Positions 19,449 to 26,674 of a DNA stretch of 64,000 nucleotides are shown in pieces (position 1 is the stretch's first letter; each line of letters begins with the position of its first letter). Position numbers and translations under genes: made by a program. A model generated the notes under the pieces. It searched no databases, was not told the origin of the DNA, and saw nothing but the letters and a program-made list of their open reading frames with translations. Source of the stretch: Candidatus Moraniibacteriota bacterium (lineage in GTDB: Bacteria; Patescibacteriota; Minisyncoccia; Moranbacterales; UBA2206). Location of the stretch: NCBI GenBank assembly GCA_049303795.1, contig JBAQNM010000013.1:2784-66783 (forward strand). Reading direction: 5' to 3'.

Positions 19449-20084
19449 ATGAATAATAACGAACTTTTAACGCTTAAAGAAGCTTGCAAATTGCTCAATT
19501 GCCATCCTAACACACTTCGTAAGTGGGCTGATGATGGCAAAGTTCAGGCAATTAGATTCGGAAAAAGAGGCGACAGACGCTTCAGGGCACAGGATATTGT
19601 AAAAAGTATGCAGAAGCCAATCGCAGAAAAAGAACAAGAGATTCGTTACGAGAAAGAGAATGAAGTTCTAATACCATTACGTGGTATAGCCTCGTGCGGA
19701 ACCCCAGAATTTTATGCTCAGGACAATATTGATGATTATATAAGTGTTAGTAGGAGTCTTATTAAGGATGAGCGAGATAGATATTATTTTCTCCGTGCTT
19801 CGGGAACGTCAATGCTTCAGGCTGGGATAAGCGATTCATCCCTTGTTTTAGTTTTTCAAAAAGATTATTACGAAAATGGCGATGATGTTGTTGCGGTGCT
19901 TGATGGAACTGCTTGTATTAAAAGATTTTATAAGGGTAAATCCGCTCTAATGCTAATGCCCGTGACAAATGACGAATCTCATAAACCTATTGTAACTAAT
20001 GAGAATGTCCACATAGCCGGGAAAGTAGTTTGCTCAATTCCAGTTCCGAATAGTGATGAAATTCAATATATCCCTGTTTTTTAA
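19449..20084 (+). CDS. HTH plus S24 peptidase repressor (LexA/phage CI-like)
   Basis: N-terminal MerR/excisionase-type HTH (LTLKEACKLLNCHPNTLRKWA); C-terminal S24 catalytic Ser (ASGTSM) and Lys (CIKRFYKGK). Confidence 0.75.
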   Translation: MNNNELLTLKEACKLLNCHPNTLRKWADDGKVQAIRFGKRGDRRFRAQDIVKSMQKPIAEKEQEIRYEKENEVLIPLRGIASCGTPEFYAQDNIDDYISVSRSLIKDERDRYYFLRASGTSMLQAGISDSSLVLVFQKDYYENGDDVVAVLDGTACIKRFYKGKSALMLMPVTNDESHKPIVTNENVHIAGKVVCSIPVPNSDEIQYIPVF

Positions 20085-20136
20085 ATATCTTCCAGCTGGG
20101 CTGGCTTGATATATATAATCATTAAAGAAAAACCAA

Positions 20137-20259
20137 ATGGCAAAGATAAAAACGGTTCACCGTAGTTCTGTCAGTGGTAGGTTTGTCAAAAAAGGACAAG
20201 TAAAAAAAAGTCCTCGCACAACCGAGACTGAACGCATTCGCACAAGGCGATGTAAATAA
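20137..20259 (+). CDS. Small basic ORF (40 aa, MAKIKTVHRSSVSGRFVKKGQVKKSPRTTETERIRTRRCK); speculative
   Basis: ATG 22 nt after a TATAAT at 20114-20119 and followed by an 8-bp perfect hairpin (20267-20298). It competes with minus-strand ORF 20122-20400. Confidence 0.25.
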   Translation: MAKIKTVHRSSVSGRFVKKGQVKKSPRTTETERIRTRRCK

Positions 20260-20332
20260 AAAGAGCGACCGAGATTGCTTTGGAAGGTGGTCTCGGTCAC
20301 CCTCTCTAACTAACCTAACTATATCACAAAAA

Positions 20333-20743
20333 ATGGAAAGCGAAAAACATAATTCTCTAGTAAGAGAATTGGCAAGTATTTTTGGGAAAAATGGATTCAA
20401 TGTTTATGCAGTTGATGGAGTAACAGTGAAATGTCCTAGTGCTGTAGAAAATAACAATAATATAGGAGATTGCCAAAACAAAATTCCTGATATTGAGGCT
20501 TATGATGAACTTAATAAAAGAGTAATTAGAGGAGAAGCAAAGATAGGCAATGGGGATATTGAGTCTGAACATTCAATAACTCAATATAAATTATTTTCAA
20601 GCTTGAATAAAAATGGCGTTGATTCTTGGGTATATATTATTATCCCGCAAGGAGAAAAAATGTTTCTTGAAAAAGTCTTAGCTGAAAATGTGTTACAGAA
20701 GTTTCTAGATAATATTGGAATCATTGAATCTGCTAATTATTAG
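20333..20743 (+). CDS. Hypothetical protein
   Basis: 136-aa ORF, co-directional. Confidence 0.4.
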   Translation: MESEKHNSLVRELASIFGKNGFNVYAVDGVTVKCPSAVENNNNIGDCQNKIPDIEAYDELNKRVIRGEAKIGNGDIESEHSITQYKLFSSLNKNGVDSWVYIIIPQGEKMFLEKVLAENVLQKFLDNIGIIESANY

Positions 20744-21040
20744 AACTCAAAGATGAAACTTATAAGTTACAGCTTAATAAACTCTATAAAAAAAATTATT
20801 CTTTCAATTTTTCCTATTAAAGTTACCAACAGTAATAATAGGAAAATTATTAACAAAAAAATATATGACAAAAGTAACAAAACCGAACAAAGAATTTTGG
20901 GAAACGGAGAAAAGACCATCGTATATGAAAATTTCTAAAATAAAAAATGATAAAAGTGAAGATGGTTATATCATCAGATTTAAAACTGAAAAATCAAAAA
21001 AGAAGAAATTAAAAAGCTAGGGATAAAGATATAAAATCTA

Positions 21041-21388
21041 ATGAAAGAAATTGTATGCAAAAAGTGTGAAACTAAACTGCCTGATGAAAAATCAGTTTGT
21101 CTAAAATGTGGAAATAAGAGCAAATTGTATAAAGTTGCTATTACTGACGTCGTCACTTTTACTGAAAACTTTGGAATAAAACAAAAAGCTAAAGGCTTCA
21201 AAAATTTTATGGTTGAATTTATTTCAAGGCATAAGAGCAGTGGCGATATACAGAAGTATCCTGAAGGGGTCATTGAAGAAAGAAGGATTGATAAGGGAAA
21301 CAAAACTTATTATCAGAAAGTGATTGATAAGAAAACAGGAAAAGTTACTCATTTTGAAAACGAGTCATTATTAAAACATAAGGATTAA
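21041..21388 (+). CDS. Zinc-ribbon hypothetical protein
   Basis: N-terminal CKKCETK...CLKCG knuckles; 115 aa. Confidence 0.4.
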   Translation: MKEIVCKKCETKLPDEKSVCLKCGNKSKLYKVAITDVVTFTENFGIKQKAKGFKNFMVEFISRHKSSGDIQKYPEGVIEERRIDKGNKTYYQKVIDKKTGKVTHFENESLLKHKD

Positions 21389-21394
21389 TCTAAA

Positions 21395-22666
21395 ATGGAT
21401 ATACTAAACAAACCAATTGAATATTTTAAATTTGAAGATGTAGTCGCGTTTTGCGAAAAAGGATATAGAGAAGGATTTCAAATTGATTATAAGCGGGATT
21501 ATTCTTCAAAAGGATTATCAAAACATATAGTGGCTTTATCCAATAGTAGGGGTGGAGTAATTATAATTGGAGTGGAGGAAGATATTAAAACGGGATTTCC
21601 GAAAAGCTGGGATGGCATAGATACTGATGCGAAGCAAATAGAAAAATTACATCAAGAAATAGCAAATATTGAGCCATTTCCTTCTTGCATTGTTCACGCT
21701 ACAGATTCAAAAAATGATAAGTTTTTTATTTTAGTCAGGGTTTTTGCAGGATACAACACTCCTTATTATGTGCAAAATGATTCAAATGTCTATGTCAGAA
21801 CAGGGAATATTACAAAGCAAATAGACATTGCTTCTCCAGATGGACTGGAACTTATGTTTGGAAAGAAAGAGAAAGCTGAAAAATCTAGAAAAATATATCT
21901 GTCAATGGCTGATGAAATTTTTGACGCAAAGATATTAAAGAAAGAAGATGAAATAATAAGAGAGAGTAGAAAGGTGGGCGAGGAAGTTATTTTTAAAAGC
22001 AGAAGGTTTCTTATTGCAGATGTCTCTATATGTGAGATAACTATCCAGCCATTTTTTCCAGAAAAATCATTTGCTAATCCAAAAGAAATAAAAGATGGAA
22101 TTGATGAGATTAGATTTGGGAATGGAAATTTTACATTTCCTGAATTAAATTTATCACCTTCGCCAAAAGGAATTATGTTTTTTACCTTTCTGAAGCACAA
22201 TAGTTTAATTGAGTTTCAGCAAATTTTTGGTCAAGGACTAATTCAAAATAAATTTACTATTTCGGTATTAAACGAAGATACTGGATTTAAAATAGTGAGC
22301 CTTTGGAGAATGGCTGTTAGAATTTTCGGTGTATTTCAATTTGCCAAGAAATTTTATAACAAATATGGTTACAGCGGAGTGTTAATAGGAAGAATAAATT
22401 TGGCTGGCTTAGATGGTGCATTTGCAAGGCAATTAACGCCCGCTGGTCGTGATTTTTGGGAAAAAGATAGGGAGTGTTTGCTTACTGAATGTAACTGGGA
22501 CATAAGAATTGATACTAATATTTTAAATAATGAAGAGGATTTAAAAAAATACTTTATAAATTTATTGAGAGAAATTTATTGGGATTTAGGATTTGAAAAT
22601 ATTATGGAAGATGTTGTTGACGATTTCTTGAAACAAAGTGGCCTATCTTTTGAAGTGGATAACTAA
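21395..22666 (+). CDS. AlbA_2 (Schlafen-like) domain protein
   Basis: HIVALSNSRGGVIIIGVEED matches the AlbA_2 core (AfaN..GG.lliGV.D); 423 aa with an uncharacterised C-terminal half. Confidence 0.55.
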   Translation: MDILNKPIEYFKFEDVVAFCEKGYREGFQIDYKRDYSSKGLSKHIVALSNSRGGVIIIGVEEDIKTGFPKSWDGIDTDAKQIEKLHQEIANIEPFPSCIVHATDSKNDKFFILVRVFAGYNTPYYVQNDSNVYVRTGNITKQIDIASPDGLELMFGKKEKAEKSRKIYLSMADEIFDAKILKKEDEIIRESRKVGEEVIFKSRRFLIADVSICEITIQPFFPEKSFANPKEIKDGIDEIRFGNGNFTFPELNLSPSPKGIMFFTFLKHNSLIEFQQIFGQGLIQNKFTISVLNEDTGFKIVSLWRMAVRIFGVFQFAKKFYNKYGYSGVLIGRINLAGLDGAFARQLTPAGRDFWEKDRECLLTECNWDIRIDTNILNNEEDLKKYFINLLREIYWDLGFENIMEDVVDDFLKQSGLSFEVDN

Positions 22667-23618
22667 TTTGACTTATTTTCTCACGAAGGTAACATCGAAC
22701 AAATCGATGTTATTTTTTAAAAAACAAAATTCAATAAAAATTAGTGAAGCTGGAAAGAAATATCTGGATTATTGTGAATTGGAAAAAGAGATGAGTCCTG
22801 CTTCAATTTATGAATACAGTAAAGTTATAAAATGGACGGTGGAAATATTAGGTAACCTTGAGGCTGGGAAAATAAAGGAAGAGCATATTGCAGAACTTAA
22901 GAAAGAATATAACAGAAGAGAATTGATGCCAACCACAAGAGCTCATAACTTATCTGTTATCAGAGAACTATTGAGATTTTGTCAGGATGAATTGCATATC
23001 AAAGTAATGGATTTTGAAAAAATAAAAAGACCAAAGATTCCAAAAAGAAGAGTTGATTATCTCACAGAAGAAGAATTGAAAAGGTTTTTTGATTCAATCG
23101 GAAAACGCAGTATCAGAGATTCTAGATTTAGAGCGTTTATTTCAGTTCTTATTTCCACGGGCTGTCGAATAAGTGAAGCATTGAATCTGAAAATTCAAGA
23201 TATGGATTGGGAGAGAAAAGAAGTGACCATTGTTGGTAAAGGCAACAAACAAAGAAAATTATATTTTACTGAATGGTCATTGAAATGTATCAGGGAATAT
23301 ATTGAAAAAAGAGGCTATGAAGGAAAATTTATTTTTGTAGCTGAAAGCAAGACAAATCGCTGGGATAGAAATGATGCTCAGCGGAATTTCAGAAATTATC
23401 GCAGGAAGCTAGGATTATCTGCAAACTTCACTGCTCACACAATTCGTCACAGCTTCGCTACGCTTCTTATGAAAAAAGGTGTCAGTCTCGGACATATTCA
23501 AGTTTTGCTCGGGCATTCAGACATCCAAACCACCAGCAAACACTATCTGGGAATTTTGAGTGATGACGAAGCTAAGCAGGCACACGAAAAGGGGATGAAT
23601 ATGAATAATTGGGTATAA
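22638..23618 (+). CDS. Tyrosine recombinase/integrase (XerC/D family). GTG start in the ORF track; an ATG at 22707 is an alternative.
   Basis: HTIRHSFATLLMKKGVSLGHIQVLLGHSDIQTTSKHYL catalytic box; RISEALNL arginine box. Confidence 0.85.
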   Translation: MAYLLKWITNLTYFLTKVTSNKSMLFFKKQNSIKISEAGKKYLDYCELEKEMSPASIYEYSKVIKWTVEILGNLEAGKIKEEHIAELKKEYNRRELMPTTRAHNLSVIRELLRFCQDELHIKVMDFEKIKRPKIPKRRVDYLTEEELKRFFDSIGKRSIRDSRFRAFISVLISTGCRISEALNLKIQDMDWERKEVTIVGKGNKQRKLYFTEWSLKCIREYIEKRGYEGKFIFVAESKTNRWDRNDAQRNFRNYRRKLGLSANFTAHTIRHSFATLLMKKGVSLGHIQVLLGHSDIQTTSKHYLGILSDDEAKQAHEKGMNMNNWV

Positions 23619-23661
23619 TTAGAGCATAAAAACGTTATAATTGGCTGAAAAATAAGATAAG

Positions 23662-23770
23662 AATGATATAAAAATAATGGCTTATTATAGCCATTTATAT
23701 AAAAAAATAGACCCTGCTATTGATTTATTATATCAAAAATGATATAATAAAAGCATAAAAATGATATAAA
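23662..23770 (+). repeat. Three direct copies of AAAATGATATAA (23662, 23738, 23760) plus a 7-bp hairpin (AATGGCT / AGCCATT, 23676-23698)
   Basis: Read directly; between the integrase 3' end and the Fic gene. Confidence 0.45.
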
Positions 23771-23774
23771 ACTT

Positions 23775-24842
23775 ATGTTAAAAATTATAAGCAACAAACT
23801 AAATGAACGACAAAACACCACATTAGCTTTTATTGAGGCTAATAAATCTGTTTCAATTGGACAGATTTTTGAGCATATCCAGAAAGATTTTGAAAAAATT
23901 ACTAGAATTACTGTTTCTAGAGATTTGGAAAAACTGTTAAAACTGAGTCTAATTGAAAAACAAGGAGAATCAAAAAGAACGATTGTTTATCAAATATCAT
24001 CCCAATACTCAATACTAAAAAAGATTGATGTCGAAAAGTATTTTTCTGTAGACACTGACCAGAGAGAAAGCAAAGAAAAATTCAACTTTGAAATTTTCAG
24101 TCAACTGAGAGGTATCTTTACTGATGCTGAAAAAAAGAAACTCATCGAGCTGAATGAAATTTACAGAGAGAAGATAAAAGATATTGCACTAGACGCTCTC
24201 CGAAAAGAAATCGAAAGACTGAATATAGATTTCAGCTGGAAGTCTTCTAAAATCGAAGGTAACACTTATAGTCTTTTAGAAACGGAGCAACTAATTAAGA
24301 ATCAGCAGGAAGCGTCAGGTCATACTAAGGAAGAAGCAATTATGATTCTGAATCATAAAAAGACGCTAGATTACATTAGAGGCAATAAGAATGACTTTCA
24401 ATCAGTGTCTGTGGCTAAAATTGAAAATATCCACTCTCTGTTAGTAGATGGCTTAAACGTGACTAAAAATTTGAGAAAAAGTTTGGTCGGAATAACCGGA
24501 ACAAATTACAGACCATTAGACAACGAATTCCAAATTAGAGAGGCTTTGGAAAAAGCCTGTAAATTAGTGAACGAAACCAAGGATGTTTTTGAAAAAGCAG
24601 TTATTTTGATGTTGCTTATTGCATATATTCAACCATTTGTAGATGGCAATAAGAGAACAAGCCGTTTGAGCGGTAATGCCATTTTACAATCCTTTGATTC
24701 TTGTCCGTTATCTTACCGCAGTATGGATGAAATAGAATATAAAAAAGCGATTTTACTGTTTTATGAGCAGAACAACATTTCATATTTCAAGGAGCTGTTT
24801 TTAAAACAGTTTGAATTTGCTGTGGAAAATTATTTCGGATAA
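23775..24842 (+). CDS. Fic/Doc family protein with non-canonical active-site motif
   Basis: Fic motif position reads QPFVDGNKRTSR instead of HPFx(D/E)GNGRxxR; N-terminal wHTH-like region. Confidence 0.65.
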   Translation: MLKIISNKLNERQNTTLAFIEANKSVSIGQIFEHIQKDFEKITRITVSRDLEKLLKLSLIEKQGESKRTIVYQISSQYSILKKIDVEKYFSVDTDQRESKEKFNFEIFSQLRGIFTDAEKKKLIELNEIYREKIKDIALDALRKEIERLNIDFSWKSSKIEGNTYSLLETEQLIKNQQEASGHTKEEAIMILNHKKTLDYIRGNKNDFQSVSVAKIENIHSLLVDGLNVTKNLRKSLVGITGTNYRPLDNEFQIREALEKACKLVNETKDVFEKAVILMLLIAYIQPFVDGNKRTSRLSGNAILQSFDSCPLSYRSMDEIEYKKAILLFYEQNNISYFKELFLKQFEFAVENYFG

Positions 24843-24850
24843 TCAATTTT

Positions 24851-25441
24851 ATGAAACTACTATTAACATCAACAGGATTAACCAATAAAAATATAAAAAA
24901 GTTTTTCATCTCTCAATTTGATAGATTGGACGATAAAACGGCTTGCCTCGTGACTTCAGGCAGAAATAAAGAAGAACAATTCTATATAGATGAGTCAATT
25001 AAAGAGTTAGAAGACTTTGGCATTAAAGTTATTGAGTTTAATATTGCCAAGCACGAGAGTTTTGTTAATTTTCCATTATATGATATTTATTATGTTTGCG
25101 GAGGCAATACTTTCTATATCCTAGACCGAATGCGAAAAACAGGCGTGGATAAAATTCTGATTAACGCTGTCAAAAAAGGAAAATTTTATCTTGGTGTTAG
25201 CGCTGGAAGCATTATCTCAGGACCTGATATTGAAGTGGCAAATCTGGGAGACCCAAATGATATAAATCTTAAGGACTTAACGGGCTTGAAACTTGTTTCA
25301 TATATTACTATCCCGCACTATAACCAAAAGGATAAAAATGCTATTGATAAATTTAAAGAAAAACGTAAAGATGCACAAGTAATCGCACTAACTGACGACC
25401 AAGCTATTTTTGTTGAAGATGGCAAAATGGTCTTGATATAA
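24851..25441 (+). CDS. Peptidase S51 (dipeptidase E-like)
   Basis: VCGGNTFYIL and LGVSAGSII (Ser nucleophile) motifs of S51/PepE. Confidence 0.65.
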   Translation: MKLLLTSTGLTNKNIKKFFISQFDRLDDKTACLVTSGRNKEEQFYIDESIKELEDFGIKVIEFNIAKHESFVNFPLYDIYYVCGGNTFYILDRMRKTGVDKILINAVKKGKFYLGVSAGSIISGPDIEVANLGDPNDINLKDLTGLKLVSYITIPHYNQKDKNAIDKFKEKRKDAQVIALTDDQAIFVEDGKMVLI

Positions 25442-25464
25442 TTATATAGAATTGGTCAAATTTC

Positions 25465-25493
25465 TTGACAAGAGGAACTATTAGAGCTAGAAT
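25465..25493 (+). promoter_or_regulatory. Strong sigma70-like promoter (TTGACA-17 nt-TAGAAT) facing a region with no ORF
   Basis: TTGACA 25465-25470, TAGAAT 25488-25493. Confidence 0.5.
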
Positions 25494-25499
25494 ATTCCA

Positions 25500-25850
25500 G
25501 TGATGAAATTGATAGTATTTTGAAATTTATCCTTGTTTTTTGCGATTCTTCCCACGAATCACCTCCTTTCTAGGGAGAAAAGATGGAATTCCAGAGCATT
25601 ACACATTAAAGGTATTTAGTGTCAAAACAAAATATCGTGTAGTGTGGATTTCATCCGGCGGTCGAATCCCGAGCAATCGGGAGAACGCCTAAGCCCACGA
25701 GAGCTATAATCTCCAGTGTGTTTTGTACAGCACGCGATTGATTCAGTAATGAATCTCTCAAATCGGACTCTTCTATAGGACTAATCGCAAAAAATTGGGA
25801 TACGAAAAACAGAAAATACTCGAATAGAGTGTTTTTTGTTTTTTGTAATT
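25500..25850 (+). ncRNA. Candidate structured ncRNA or long leader; class unknown
   Basis: A ~350-nt stretch without a credible ORF, downstream of a consensus promoter. It contains a GC-rich island with a GNRA-tetraloop hairpin (CCCGA-GCAA-TCGGG, 25667-25680) closed by GGCG/CGCC, and ends in a weak ACTC-GAAT-AGAGT hairpin plus T-run (~25820-25848). Confidence 0.3.
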
Positions 25851-25920
25851 CAGTTTTTGATTTAGCTCGGTCCGCAATGCCGGACCTTTGACAATAAAAA
25901 ATAGTATTGGAGATGGCAAA

Positions 25921-26034
25921 ATGAAGGATGTTCGTGGGAAAAAAGAGACTGATTTTATTTCGACGATAATTGTGAAAGTGTATTGTTCGCCAGCTTTCTT
26001 TCGCATTATTTTAATCGCGAAGGCATTTTTATAA
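25921..26034 (+). CDS. Small hydrophobic peptide (37 aa)
   Basis: GGAG 8 nt upstream of the ATG; MKDVRGKKETDFISTIIVKVYCSPAFFRIILIAKAFL. Confidence 0.3.
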   Translation: MKDVRGKKETDFISTIIVKVYCSPAFFRIILIAKAFL

Positions 26035-26067
26035 AAAATTTCAAAAGGAAAAGGAGGTAAATCAATA

Positions 26068-26196
26068 ATGCCGGATTTGATAGATGATGGCAGTGAAAAA
26101 AAACTTAAGGTTTCTTTTGTGAAATTGCAAAAAAGGCTTTTTATAGCCATCGGAGCATATGGCTTTCTTGTATTGTTTGTAATTCTTAAATCATAA
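26068..26196 (+). CDS. Small membrane peptide (42 aa, C-terminal TM)
   Basis: Strong RBS AAGGAGGT 8 nt upstream; MPDLIDDGSEKKLKVSFVKLQKRLFIAIGAYGFLVLFVILKS. Confidence 0.45.
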   Translation: MPDLIDDGSEKKLKVSFVKLQKRLFIAIGAYGFLVLFVILKS

Positions 26197-26212
26197 GTAA
26201 AAAATGGAGGAG

Positions 26213-26335
26213 ATGATGGCAATAAAAATCAAAAAAGTGGCCACTTTTTTTGTTCTCTTTGGCTACGCTATTGGAATTCTTGAAGATCTGTATTTGGCAG
26301 AGCTTTTAAAAGAAGAAGTCAAAGAAGAAGCTTGA
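26213..26335 (+). CDS. Small membrane peptide (40 aa, central TM)
   Basis: RBS GGAGGAG; MMAIKIKKVATFFVLFGYAIGILEDLYLAELLKEEVKEEA; followed by a strong terminator. Confidence 0.4.
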   Translation: MMAIKIKKVATFFVLFGYAIGILEDLYLAELLKEEVKEEA

Positions 26336-26394
26336 ATAAATTCAGGCAACAACCTTAAAACAACAAAGCCTGATTAATATTTTTCAGGCGAATA

Positions 26395-26432
26395 CCTCGG
26401 AAACTAGAATTTTAGTTTACCGAGGTTTTTTA
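26395..26432 (+). terminator. Intrinsic terminator
   Basis: CCTCGGAAACT...AGTTTACCGAGG stem followed by TTTTTTATT. Confidence 0.6.
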
Positions 26433-26674
26433 TTAGCTAGTATTATTTTTAAAACCGATATTGACACAAATCTATTTTTGAGCAATAATAAATAAACAAC
26501 AATATTGCAAGGTAGTAGTTAATTTTGGAAAGTGTTAGTGAAAACTTCGAAAACTACTTAACGAATTGCAAAAAATCGCTTCTATTTTAAGAGAAAAGAT
26601 TTAAATAAGCAGGAACAAATTGTATCTAAAAAGCAATTATCTCGCTTATAATTTAAATCTTTTTTTAATTTTAT

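Noticed and set aside
20122-20400. 92-aa minus-strand ORF overlapping the small basic + strand ORF
   Set aside because: No RBS, antisense to a promoter-like TATAAT and hairpin context; neither frame can be confirmed, so only the + strand small ORF is listed, at low confidence
25555-25572. GAATCACCTCCTTTCTA matches the 3' terminus of 16S rRNA (anti-SD region)
   Set aside because: Upstream sequence has no 16S similarity and lies 115 nt after a protein gene; treated as part of the candidate ncRNA/leader, not an rRNA
25655-25675. GGCGGTCGAATCCCGAG resembles a tRNA T-arm (GGTTCGAATCC)
   Set aside because: One base short of a T-loop; no acceptor, D or anticodon arms can be folded on either strand; no CCA context
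25773-26222. 149-aa minus-strand ORF
   Set aside because: Low-complexity translation, no RBS, and antisense to three RBS-bearing small ORFs and a promoter-driven region
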